NCBI GenBank assembly: GCA_964016885.1
Contig: OZ024758.1
Coordinates: 39,370,001-39,434,000, forward strand
Length of the DNA: 64,000 nt
From: Eledone cirrhosa
Lineage: Eukaryota
Direction of reading: 5' to 3'
The stretch's first letter is position 1. Every line of letters starts with the position of its first letter. The notes under the pieces were generated by a model, which was not told the DNA's origin, did not search any database, and saw only the letters and a list, made by a program, of their open reading frames with translations. Position numbers and translations under genes: made by a program. Shown in pieces: positions 42,301 to 55,800 of the stretch.

Positions 42301-45230
42301 AATACCATGAACTTAAATGAATTCTCACCAACATTGGACTTACTTCTGACAGCTAGTACCATGAACTTAAATGAATTCTCACCAACAGTGGAGTTACTTC
42401 TGACAACTAATACCATGAACTTAAATGAATTCTCACCAACAGTGGCGTTCCTTCTGACAGCTAATACCATGAACTTAAATGAATTCTCACCAACAGTGGA
42501 GTTACTTCTGACAGCTAGTACCATGACTTAAATGAATTCTCACCAACATTGGAGTTCCTTCTGACAGCTAATACCATGAACTTAAATGAATTCTCACCAA
42601 CAGTGGAGTTCCTTCTGACAGCTAATACCATGAACTTAAATGAATTCTCACCAACATTGGAGTTACTTCTGACAACTAATACCATGACTTAAATGAATTC
42701 TCACCAACAGTGTAGTTACTTCTGACAAACTAATACCATGAACTTAAATGAATTCTCACCAACAGTGGAGTTACTTCTGACAGCTAATACCATGAACTTA
42801 AATGAATTCTCACCAACATTGGAGTGACTTCTGACAGCTAATACCATGAACTTAAATGAATTCTCACCAACATTGGGGTTACTTCTGACAGCTAATACCA
42901 TGAACTTAAATGAATTCTCACCAACAGTGGAGTGACTTCTGACAGCTAATACCATGAACTTAAATGAATTCTCACCAACATTGGAGTGACTTCTGACAGC
43001 TAATACCATGAACTTAAATGAATTCTCACCAACAGTGGAGTTACTTCTGACAGCTAGTACCATGAACCTAAATGAATTCTCACCAACAGTGGAGTTACTT
43101 CTGACAGCTAATACCATGAACTTAAATGAATTCTCAGCAACAGTGGAGTTCCTTCTGACAGCTAATACCATGAACTTAAATGAATTCTCACCAACATTGG
43201 AGTTACTTCTGACAGCTAGTACCATGAACTTAAATGAATTCTCACCAACAGTGGAGTTACTTCTGACAGCTAATACCATGAACTTAAATGAATTCTCACC
43301 AACAGTGGAGTTACTTCTGACAGCTAATACCATGAACTTAAATGAATTCTCACCAACATTGGAGTGACTTCTGACAGCTAATACCATGAACTTAAATGAA
43401 TTCTCACCAACATTGGGGTTACTTCTGACAGCTAATACCATGAACTTAAATGAATTCTCACCAACAGTGGAGTGACTTCTGACAGCTAATACCATGAACT
43501 TAAATGAATTCTCACCAACATTGGAGTGACTTCTGACAGCTAATACCATGAACTTAAATGAATTCTCACCAACAGTGGAGTTACTTCTGACAGCTAGTAC
43601 CATGAACCTAAATGAATTCTCACCAACAGTGGAGTTACTTCTGACAGCTAATACCATGAACTTAAATGAATTATCAGCAACAGTGGAGTTCCTTCTGACA
43701 GCTAATACCATGAACTTAAATGAATTCTCACCAACATTGGAGTTACTTCTGACAGCTAGTACCATGAACTTAAATGAATTCTCACCAACAGTGGAGTTAC
43801 TTCTGACAGCTAATACCATGAACTTAAATGAATTCTCAGCAACAGTGGAGTTCCTTCTGACAGCTAATACCATGAACTTAAATGAATTCTCACCAACATT
43901 GGAGTTACTTCTGACAGCTAGTACCATGAACTTAAATGAATTCTCACCAACAGTGGAGTTACTTCTGACAGCTAGTACCATGACTTAAATGAATTCTCAC
44001 CAACATTGGAGTTCCTTCTGACAGCTAATACCATGAACTTAAATGAATTCTCACCAACGGTGGAGTTACTTCTGACAGCTAATACCATGAACTTAAATGA
44101 ATTCTCACCAACAGTGGAGTTACTTCTGACAGCTAATACCATGAACTTAAATGAATTCTCACCAACAGTGGAGTTACTTCTGACAGCTAATACCATGAAC
44201 TTAAATGAATTCTCACCAACATTGGAGTGACTTCTGACAGCTAATACCATGAACTTAAATGAATTCTCACCAACATTGGGGTTACTTCTGACAGCTAGTA
44301 CCATGAACTTAAATGAATTCTCACCAACAGTGGAGTGACTTCTGACAGCTAATACCATGAACTTACATGAATTATCACCAACATTGGAGTTACTTCTTAC
44401 AGCTAGTACCATGAACTTAAATGAATTCTCACCAACATTGGAGTTACTTCTGAAAACTAATACCATGACTTAAATGAATTCTCACCAACAGTGGAGTTAC
44501 TTCTGACAAACTAATACCATGAACTTAAGTGAATTCTCACCAACAGTGGAGTTACTTCTGACAGCTAATACCATGAACTTAAATGAATTCTCACCAACAG
44601 TGGAGTTACTTCTAACAGCTAATACCATGAACTTAAATGAATTCTCACCAACATTGGAGTTACTTCTGACAGCTAATACCATGACTTAAATGAATTCTCA
44701 CCAACAGTGGAGTTACTTCTGTCAGCTAATACCATGAACTTAAATGAATTCTCACCAACATTGGAGTTACTTCTGACAGCTAGTACCATGAACTTAAATG
44801 AATTCTCACCAACAGTGGAGTTACTTCTGACAGCTAATACCATGAACTTAAATGAATTCTCACCAACAGTGGAGTTCCTTCTGACAGCTAATACCATGAA
44901 CTTAAATGAATTCTCACCAACATTGGAGTTACTTCTGACAGCTAGTACCATGACTTAAATGAATTCTCACCAACATTGGAGTTACTTCTGACAACTAATA
45001 CCATGACTTAAATGAATTCTCACCAACAGTGGAGTTACTTCTGACAAACTAATACCATGAACTTAAATGAATTCTCACCAACATTGGTGTTACTTCTGAC
45101 AGCTAGTACCATGAACTTAAATGAATTCTCACCAACAGTGGAATGACTTCTGACAGCTAATACCATGAACTTAAATGAATTCTCACCAACATTGGAGTGA
45201 CTTCTGACAGCTAATACCATGAACTTAAAT
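22688..45230. repeat. ~5.9-kb higher-order unit (110-111 monomers): three full copies plus a partial fourth
   Basis: Landmark (NTWY) ORF spacing: 22688-28615 = 5927, 30284-36211 = 5927, 36211-42192 = 5981. The internal ORF order is the same (110, 421/439, 164, 61, 92, 97/94, 128, 92, 61, 110, 164, 169, 110 aa). The third copy has one extra monomer (439 vs 421 aa ORF). Confidence 0.88.
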
Positions 45231-48200
45231 GAATTCTCACCAACAGTGGAGTTCCTTCTGACAGCTAATACCATGAACTTAAATGAATTCTCACCAACAT
45301 TGGAGTTACTTCTGACAGCTAGTACCATGAACTTAAATGAATTCTCACCAACAGTGGAGTTACTTCTGACAGCTAATACCATGAACTTAAATGAATTCTC
45401 ACCAACAGTGGAGTTACTTCTGACAGCTAATACCATGAACTTAAATGAATTCTCACCAACATTGGAGTGACTTCTGACAGCTAATACCATGAACTTAAAT
45501 GAATTCTCACCAACATTGGGGTTACTTCTGACAGCTAATACCATGAACTTAAATGAATTCTCACCAACAGTGGAGTGACTTCTGACAGCTAATACCATGA
45601 ACTTAAATGAATTCTCACCAACATTGGAGTGACTTCTGACAGCTAATACCATGAACTTAAATGAATTCTCACCAACAGTGGAGTTACTTCTGACAGCTAG
45701 TACCATGAACCTAAATGAATTCTCACCAACAGTGGAGTTACTTCTGACAGCTAATACCATGAACTTAAATGAATTATCAGCAACAGTGGAGTTCCTTCTG
45801 ACAGCTAATACCATGAACTTAAATGAATTCTCACCAACATTGGAGTTACTTCTGACAGCTAGTACCATGAACTTAAATGAATTCTCACCAACAGTGGAGT
45901 TACTTCTGACAGCTAATACCATGAACTTAAATGAATTCTCAGCAACAGTGGAGTTCCTTCTGACAGCTAATACCATGAACTTAAATGAATTCTCACCAAC
46001 ATTGGAGTTACTTCTGACAGCTAGTACCATGAACTTAAATGAATTCTCACCAACAGTGGAGTTACTTCTGACAGCTAGTACCATGACTTAAATGAATTCT
46101 CACCAACATTGGAGTTCCTTCTGACAGCTAATACCATGAACTTAAATGAATTCTCACCAACGGTGGAGTTACTTCTGACAGCTAATACCATGAACTTAAA
46201 TGAATTCTCACCAACAGTGGAGTTACTTCTGACAGCTAATACCATGAACTTAAATGAATTCTCACCAACAGTGGAGTTCCTTCTGACAGCTAATACCATG
46301 AACTTAAATGAATTCTCACCAACAGTGGAGTTACTTCTGACAGCTAATACCATGAACTTAAATGAATTCTCACCAACATTGGTGTTACTTCTGACAGCTA
46401 GTACCATGAACTTAAATGAATTCTCACCAACAGTGGAATGACTTCTGACAGCTAATACCATGAACTTAAATGAATTCTCACCAACATTGGAGTGACATCT
46501 GACAGCTAATACCATGAACTTAAATGAATTCTCACCAACAGTGGAGTTACTTCTGACAGCTAGTACCATGAACTTAAATGAATTCTCACCAACAGTGGAG
46601 TTACTTCTAACAGCTAATACCATGAACTTAAATGAATTCTCACCAACATTGGAGTTACTTCTGACAGCTAATACCATGACTTAAATGAATTCTCACCAAC
46701 AGTGGAGTTACTTCTGTCAGGTAATACCATGAACTTAAATGAATTCTCACCAACATTGGAGTGACTTCTGACAGCTAATACCATGAACTTAAATGAATTC
46801 TCACAAACATTGGGGTTACTTCTGACAGCTAGTACCATGAACTTAAATGAATTCTCACCAACAGTGGAGTGACTTCTGACAGCTAATACCATGAACTTAC
46901 ATGAATTATCACCAACATTGGAGTTACTTCTTACAGCTAGTACCATGAACTTAAATGAATTCTCACCAACATTGGAGTTACTTCTGACAGCTAGTACCAT
47001 GACTTAAATGAATTCTCACCAACATTGGAGTTACTTCTGACAGCTAGTACCATGACTTAAATGAATTCTCACCAACAATGGAGTTACTTCTGACAGCTAA
47101 TACCACGTATTAAATGAATTCTCACCAACAGTGGAGTTACTTCTGACAGCTAATACCATGAACTTAAATGAATTCTCAGCAACAGTGGAGTTCCTTCTGA
47201 CAGCTAATACCATGAACTTAAATGAATTCTCACCAACATTGGACTTACTTCTGACAGCTAGTACCATGAACTTAAATGAATTCTCACCAACAGTGGAGTT
47301 ACTTCTGACAACTAATACCATGAACTTAAATGAATTCTCACCAACAGTGGCGTTCCTTCTGACAGCTAATACCATGAACTTAAATGAATTCTCACCAACA
47401 GTGGAGTTACTTCTGACAGCTAGTACCATGACTTAAATGAATTCTCACCAACATTGGAGTTCCTTCTGACAGCTAATACCATGAACTTAAATGAATTCTC
47501 ACCAACAGTGGAGTTCCTTCTGACAGCTAATACCATGAACTTAAATGAATTCTCACCAACATTGGAGTTACTTCTGACAACTAATACCATGACTTAAATG
47601 AATTCTCACCAACAGTGTAGTTACTTCTGACAAACTAATACCATGAACTTAAATGAATTCTCACCAACAGTGGAGTTACTTCTGACAGCTAATACCATGA
47701 ACTTAAATGAATTCTCACCAACATTGGAGTGACTTCTGACAGCTAATACCATGAACTTAAATGAATTCTCACCAACATTGGGGTTACTTCTGACAGCTAA
47801 TACCATGAACTTAAATGAATTCTCACCAACAGTGGAGTGACTTCTGACAGCTAATACCATGAACTTAAATGAATTCTCACCAACATTGGAGTGACTTCTG
47901 ACAGCTAATACCATGAACTTAAATGAATTCTCACCAACAGTGGAGTTACTTCTGACAGCTAGTACCATGAACCTAAATGAATTCTCACCAACAGTGGAGT
48001 TACTTCTGACAGCTAATACCATGAACTTAAATGAATTCTCAGCAACAGTGGAGTTCCTTCTGTCAGCTAATACCATGAACTTAAATGAATTCTCACCAAC
48101 ATTGGAGTTACTTCTGACAGCTAGTACCATGAACTTAAATGAATTCTCACCAACAGTGGAGTTACTTCTGACAGCTAATACCATGAACTTAAATGAATTC

Positions 48201-51180
48201 TCACCAACAGTGGAGTTACTTCTGACAGCTAATACCATGAACTTAAATGAATTCTCACCAACATTGGAGTGACTTCTGACAGCTAATACCATGAACTTAA
48301 ATGAATTCTCACCAACATTGGGGTTACTTCTGACAGCTAATACCATGAACTTAAATGAATTCTCACCAACAGTGGAGTGACTTCTGACAGCTAATACCAT
48401 GAACTTAAATGAATTCTCACCAACATTGGAGTGACTTCTGACAGCTAATACCATGAACTTAAATGAATTCTCACCAACAGTGGAGTTACTTCTGACAGCT
48501 AGTACCATGAACCTAAATGAATTCTCACCAACAGTGGAGTTACTTCTGACAGCTAATACCATGAACTTAAATGAATTATCAGCAACAGTGGAGTTCCTTC
48601 TGACAGCTAATACCATGAACTTAAATGAATTCTCACCAACATTGGAGTTACTTCTGACAGCTAGTACCATGAACTTAAATGAATTCTCACCAACAGTGGA
48701 GTTACTTCTGACAGCTAATACCATGAACTTAAATGAATTCTCAGCAACAGTGGAGTTCCTTCTGACAGCTAATACCATGAACTTAAATGAATTCTCACCA
48801 ACATTGGAGTTACTTCTGACAGCTAGTACCATGAACTTAAATGAATTCTCACCAACAGTGGAGTTACTTCTGACAGCTAGTACCATGACTTAAATGAATT
48901 CTCACCAACATTGGAGTTCCTTCTGACAGCTAATACCATGAACTTAAATGAATTCTCACCAACGGTGGAGTTATTTCTGACAGCTAATACCATGAACTTA
49001 AATGAATTCTCACCAACAGTGGAGTTACTTCTGACAGCTAATACCATGAACTTAAATGAATTCTCACCAACAGTGGAGTTACTTCTGACAGCTAATACCA
49101 TGAACTTAAATGAATTCTCACCAACATTGGAGTGACTTCTGACAGCTAATACCATGAACTTAAATGAATTCTCACCAACATTGGGGTTACTTCTGACAGC
49201 TAGTACCATGAACTTAAATGAATTCTCACCAACAGTGGAGTGACTTCTGACAGCTAATACCATGAACTTACATGAATTATCACCAACATTGGAGTTACTT
49301 CTTACAGCTAGTACCATGAACTTAAATGAATTCTCACCAACATTGGAGTTACTTCTGAAAACTAATACCATGACTTAAATGAATTCTCACCAACAGTGGA
49401 GTTACTTCTGACAAACTAATACCATGAACTTAAGTGAATTCTCACCAACAGTGGAGTTACTTCTGACAGCTAATACCATGAACTTAAATGAATTCTCACC
49501 AACAGTGGAGTTACTTCTAACAGCTAATACCATGAACTTAAATGAATTCTCACCAACATTGGAGTTACTTCTGACAGCTAATACCATGACTTAAATGAAT
49601 TCTCACCAACAGTGGAGTTACTTCTGTCAGCTAATACCATGAACTTAAATGAATTCTCACCAACATTGGAGTTACTTCTGACAGCTAGTATCATGAACTT
49701 AAATGAATTCTCACCAACAGTGGAGTTACTTCTGACAGCTAATACCATGAACTTAAATGAATTCTCACCAACAGTGGAGTTCCTTCTGACAGCTAATACC
49801 ATGAACTTAAATGAATTCTCACCAACATTGGAGTTACTTCTGACAGCTAGTACCATGACTTAAATGAATTCTCACCAACATTGGAGTTACTTCTGACAAC
49901 TAATACCATGACTTAAATGAATTCTCACCAACAGTGGAGTTACTTCTGACAAACTAATACCATGAACTTAAATGAATTCTCACCAACATTGGTGTTACTT
50001 CTGACAGCTAGTACCATGAACTTAAATGAATTCTCACCAACAGTGGAATGACTTCTGACAGCTAATACCATGAACTTAAATGAATTCTCACCAACATTGG
50101 AGTGACTTCTGACAGCTAATACCATGAACTTAAATGAATTCTCACCAACAGTGGAGTTCCTTCTGACAGCTAATACCATGAACTTAAATGAATTCTCACC
50201 AACATTGGAGTTACTTCTGACAGCTAGTACCATGAACTTAAATGAATTCTCACCAACAGTGGAGTTACTTCTGACAGCTAATACCATGAACTTAAATGAA
50301 TTCTCACCAACAGTGGAGTTACTTCTGACAGCTAATACCATGAACTTAAATGAATTCTCACCAACATTGGAGTGACTTCTGACAGCTAATACCATGAACT
50401 TAAATGAATTCTCACCAACATTGGGGTTACTTCTGACAGCTAATACCATGAACTTAAATGAATTCTCACCAACAGTGGAGTGACTTCTGACAGCTAATAC
50501 CATGAACTTAAATGAATTCTCACCAACATTGGAGTGACTTCTGACAGCTAATACCATGAACTTAAATGAATTCTCACCAACAGTGGAGTTACTTCTGACA
50601 GCTAGTACCATGAACCTAAATGAATTCTCACCAACAGTGGAGTTACTTCTGACAGCTAATACCATGAACTTAAATGAATTATCAGCAACAGTGGAGTTCC
50701 TTCTGACAGCTAATACCATGAACTTAAATGAATTCTCACCAACATTGGAGTTACTTCTGACAGCTAGTACCATGAACTTAAATGAATTCTCACCAACAGT
50801 GGAGTTACTTCTGACAGCTAATACCATGAACTTAAATGAATTCTCAGCAACAGTGGAGTTCCTTCTGACAGCTAATACCATGAACTTAAATGAATTCTCA
50901 CCAACATTGGAGTTACTTCTGACAGCTAGTACCATGAACTTAAATGAATTCTCACCAACAGTGGAGTTACTTCTGACAGCTAGTACCATGACTTAAATGA
51001 ATTCTCACCAACATTGGAGTTCCTTCTGACAGCTAATACCATGAACTTAAATGAATTCTCACCAACGGTGGAGTTACTTCTGACAGCTAATACCATGAAC
51101 TTAAATGAATTCTCACCAACAGTGGAGTTACTTCTGACAGCTAATACCATGAACTTAAATGAATTCTCACCAACAGTGGA
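41340..51180. repeat. Higher-order tandem duplication, period 4905 bp (91 monomers), 2 copies
   Basis: ORF pairs 41763/46668, 42192/47097, 42716/47621, 43972/48877, 44497/49402, 45035/49940 and 46075/50980. Shared rare variants: cacaaac (~41897/46802) and ttaagtg (~44525/49430). Confidence 0.92.
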
Positions 51181-52258
51181 GTTACTTCTGACAGCTAATA
51201 CCATGAACTTAAATGAATTCTCACCAACATTGGAGTGACTTCTGACAGCTAATACCATGAACTTAAATGAATTCTCACCAACATTGGGGTTACTTCTGAC
51301 AGCTAGTACCATGAACTTAAATGAATTCTCACCAACAGTGGAGTGACTTCTGACAGCTAATACCATGAACTTACATGAATTATCACCAACATTGGAGTTA
51401 CTTCTTACAGCTAGTACCATGAACTTAAATGAATTCTCACCAACATTGGAGTTACTTCTGAAAACTAATACCATGACTTAAATGAATTCTCACCAACAGT
51501 GGAGTTACTTCTGACAAACTAATACCATGAACTTAAGTGAATTCTCACCAACAGTGGAGTTACTTCTGACAGCTAATACCATGAACTTAAATGAATTCTC
51601 ACCAACAGTGGAGTTACTTCTAACAGCTAATACCATGAACTTAAATGAATTCTCACCAACATTGGAGTTACTTCTGACAGCTAATACCATGACTTAAATG
51701 AATTCTCACCAACAGTGGAGTTACTTCTGTCAGCTAATACCATGAACTTAAATGAATTCTCACCAACATTGGAGTTACTTCTGACAGCTAGTACCATGAA
51801 CTTAAATGAATTCTCACCAACAGTGGAGTTACTTCTGACAGCTAATACCATGAACTTAAATGAATTCTCACCAACAGTGGAGTTCCTTCTGACAGCTAAT
51901 ACCATGAACTTAAATGAATTCTCACCAACATTGGAGTTACTTCTGACAGCTAGTACCATGACTTAAATGAATTCTCACCAACATTGGAGTTACTTCTGAC
52001 AACTAATACCATGACTTAAATGAATTCTCACCAACAGTGGAGTTACTTCTGACAAACTAATACCATGAACTTAAATGAATTCTCACCAACATTGGTGTTA
52101 CTTCTGACAGCTAGTACCATGAACTTAAATGAATTCTCACCAACAGTGGAATGACTTCTGACAGCTAATACCATGAACTTAAATGAATTCTCACCAACAT
52201 TGGAGTGACTTCTGACAGCTAATACCATGAACTTAAATGAATTCTCACCAACAGTGGA
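48045..52258. repeat. Higher-order tandem duplication, period 2103 bp (39 monomers); partial equivalent at ~43140-46270
   Basis: ORF pairs 48453/50556, 48877/50980, 49402/51505, 49578/51681 and 49940/52043, plus 43548/45651 and 43972/46075. The ttaagtg marker occurs at ~49430 and ~51533. Confidence 0.88.
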
Positions 52259-53049
52259 GTTACTTCTGACAGCTAGTACCATGAACTTAAATGAATTCTC
52301 ACCAACAGTGGAGTTACTTCTGACAGCTAATACCATGAACTTAAATTAATTCTCACCATCAGTGGCGTTCCTTCTGACAGCTAATACCATGAACTTAAAT
52401 GAATTCTCACCAACAGTGGAGTTACTTCTGACAGCTAGTACCATGACTTAAATGAATTCTCACCAACATTGGAGTTCCTTCTGACAGCTAATACCATGAA
52501 CTTAAATGAATTCTCACCAACAGTGGAGTTACTTCTGACAGCTAATACCATGAACTTAAATGAATTCTCACCAACAGTGGAGTTACTTCTGACAGCTAAT
52601 ACCATGAACTTAAATGAATTCTCACCAACAGTGGAGTTACTTCTGACAGCTAATACCATGAACTTAAATGAATTCTCACCAACATTGGAGTGACTTCTGA
52701 CAGCTAATACCATGAACTTAAATGAATTCTCACCAACATTGGGGTTACTTCTGACAGCTAGTACCATGAACTTAAATGAATTCTCACCAACAGTGGAGTG
52801 ACTTCTGACAGCTAATACCATGAACTTACATGAATTATCACCAACATTGGAGTTACTTCTGACAGCTAGTACCATGAACTTAAATGAATTCTCACCAACA
52901 TTGGAGTTACTTCTGAAAACTAATACCATGACTTAAATGAATTCTCACCAACAGTGGAGTTACTTCTGACAAACTAATACCATGAACTTAAATGAATTCT
53001 CACCAACAGTGGAGTTACTTCTGACAGCTAATACCATGAACTTAAATGA

Positions 53050-55800
53050 ATTCTCACCAACAGTGGAGTTACTTCTAACAGCTAATACCATGAACTTAAA
53101 TGAATTCTCACCAACATTGGAGTTACTTCTGACAGCTAATACCATGACTTAAATGAATTCTCACCAACAGTGGAGTTACTTCTGTCAGCTAATACCATGA
53201 ACTTAAATGAATTCTCACCAACATTGGAGTGACTTCTGACAGCTAATACCATGAACTTAAATGAATTCTCACCAACATTGGGGTTACTTCTGACAGCTAG
53301 TACCATGAACTTAAATGAATTCTCACCAACAGTGGAGTGACTTCTGACAGCTAATACCATGAACTTACATGAATTATCACCAACATTGGAGTTACTTCTT
53401 ACAGCTAGTACCATGAACTTAAATGAATTCTCACCAACATTGGAGTTACTTCTGACAGCTAATACCATGACTTAAATGAATTCTCACCAACAGTGGAGTT
53501 ACTTCTGTCAGCTAATACCATGAACTTAAATGAATTCTCACCAACATTGGAGTGACTTCTGACAGCTAATACCATGAACTTAAATGAATTCTCACCAACA
53601 TTGGGGTTACTTCTGACAGCTAGTACCATGAACTTAAATGAATTCTCACCAACAGTGGAGTGACTTCTGACAGCTAATACCATGAACTTACATGAATTAT
53701 CACCAACATTGGAGTTACTTCTTACAGCTAGTACCATGAACTTAAATGAATTCTCACCAACAGTGGAGTTACTTCTGACAGCTAGTACCATGAACTTAAA
53801 TGAATTCTCACCAACAGTGGAGTTACTTCTGACAGCTAATACCATGAACTTAAATGGATTCTCACCAACAGTGGAGTTCCTTCTGACAGCTAATACCATG
53901 AACTTAAATGAATTCTCACCAACATTGGAGTTACTTCTGACAGCTAGTACCATGACTTAAATGAATTCTCACCAACATTGGAGTTACTTCTGACAACTAA
54001 TACCATGACTTAAATGAATTCTCACCAACAGTGGAGTTACTTCTGACAAACTAATACCATGAACTTAAATGAATTCTCACCAACAGTGGAGTTACTTCTG
54101 ACAGCTAGTACCATGAACTTAAATGAATTCTCACCAACAGTGGAGTTCCTTCTGACAGCTAATACCATGAACTTAAATGAATTCTCACCAACAGTGGAGT
54201 TACTTCTGACAGCTAATACCATGAACTTAAATGAATTCTCACCAACATTGGTGTTACTTCTGACAGCTAGTACCATGAACTTAAATGAATTCTCACCAAC
54301 AGTGGAATGACTTCTGACAGCTAATACCATGAACTTAAATGAATTCTCACCAACATTGGAGTTACTTCTGACAACTAATACCATGACTTAAATGAATTCT
54401 CACCAACAGTGGAGTGACATCTGACAGCTAATACCATGAACTTAAATGAATTCTCACCAACAGTGGAGTTACTTCTGACAGCTAGTACCATGAACTTAAA
54501 TGAATTCTCACCAACAGTGGAGTTACTTCTAACAGCTAATACCATGAACTTAAATGAATTCTCACCAACATTGGAGTTACTTCTGACAGCTAATACCATG
54601 ACTTAAATGAATTCTCACCAACAGTGGAGTTACTTCTGTCAGCTAATACCATGAACTTAAATGAATTCTCACCAACATTGGAGTGACTTCTGACAGCTAA
54701 TACCATGAACTTAAATGAATTCTCACCAACATTGGGGTTACTTCTGACAGCTAGTACCATGAACTTAAATGAATTCTCACCAACAGTGGAGTGACTTCTG
54801 ACAGCTAATACCATGAACTTACATGAATTATCACCAACATTGGAGTTACTTCTTACAGCTAGTACCATGAACTTAAATGAATTCTCACCAACATTGGAGT
54901 TACTTCTGACAGCTAATACCATGACTTAAATGAATTCTCACCAACTGTGGAGTTACTTCTGTCAGCTAATACCATGAACTTAAATGAATTCTCACCAACA
55001 TTGGAGTGACTTCTGACAGCTAATACCATGAACTTAAATGAATTCTCACCAACATTGGGGTTACTTCTGACAGCTAGTACCATGAACTTAAATGAATTCT
55101 CACCAACAGTGGAGTGACTTCTGACAGCTAATACCATGAACTTACATGAATTATCACCAACATTGGAGTTACTTCTTACAGCTAGTACCATGAACTTAAA
55201 TGAATTCTCACCAACAGTGGAGTTACTTCTGACAGCTAGTACCATGAACTTAAATGAATTCTCACCAACAGTGGAGTTACTTCTGACAGCTAATACCATG
55301 AACTTAAATGGATTCTCACCAACAGTGGAGTTCCTTCTGACAGCTAATACCATGAACTTAAATGAATTCTCACCAACATTGGAGTTACTTCTGACAGCTA
55401 GTACCATGACTTAAATGAATTCTCACCAACATTGGAGTTACTTCTGACAACTAATACCATGACTTAAATGAATTCTCACCAACAGTGGAGTTACTTCTGA
55501 CAAACTAATACCATGAACTTAAATGAATTCTCACCAACAGTGGAGTTACTTCTGACAGCTAGTACCATGAACTTAAATGAATTCTCACCAACAGTGGAGT
55601 TCCTTCTGACAGCTAATACCATGAACTTAAATGAATTCTCACCAACAGTGGAGTTACTTCTGACAGCTAATACCATGAACTTAAATGAATTCTCACCAAC
55701 ATTGGTGTTACTTCTGACAGCTAGTACCATGAACTTAAATGAATTCTCACCAACAGTGGAATGACTTCTGACAGCTAATACCATGAACTTAAATGAATTC
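53050..55800. repeat. Higher-order duplication, period 1454 bp (27 monomers)
   Basis: ORF pairs 53136/54590, 53459/54913, 53682/55136 and 54037/55491. Confidence 0.82.

Noticed and set aside
11510-51180. Two independent duplications both spanning 91 monomers (4902 and 4905 bp), suggesting a preferred duplication length
   Set aside because: Their content differs and the other periods range from 4 to 141 monomers. One coincidence among about a dozen events is not evidence of a preferred length.
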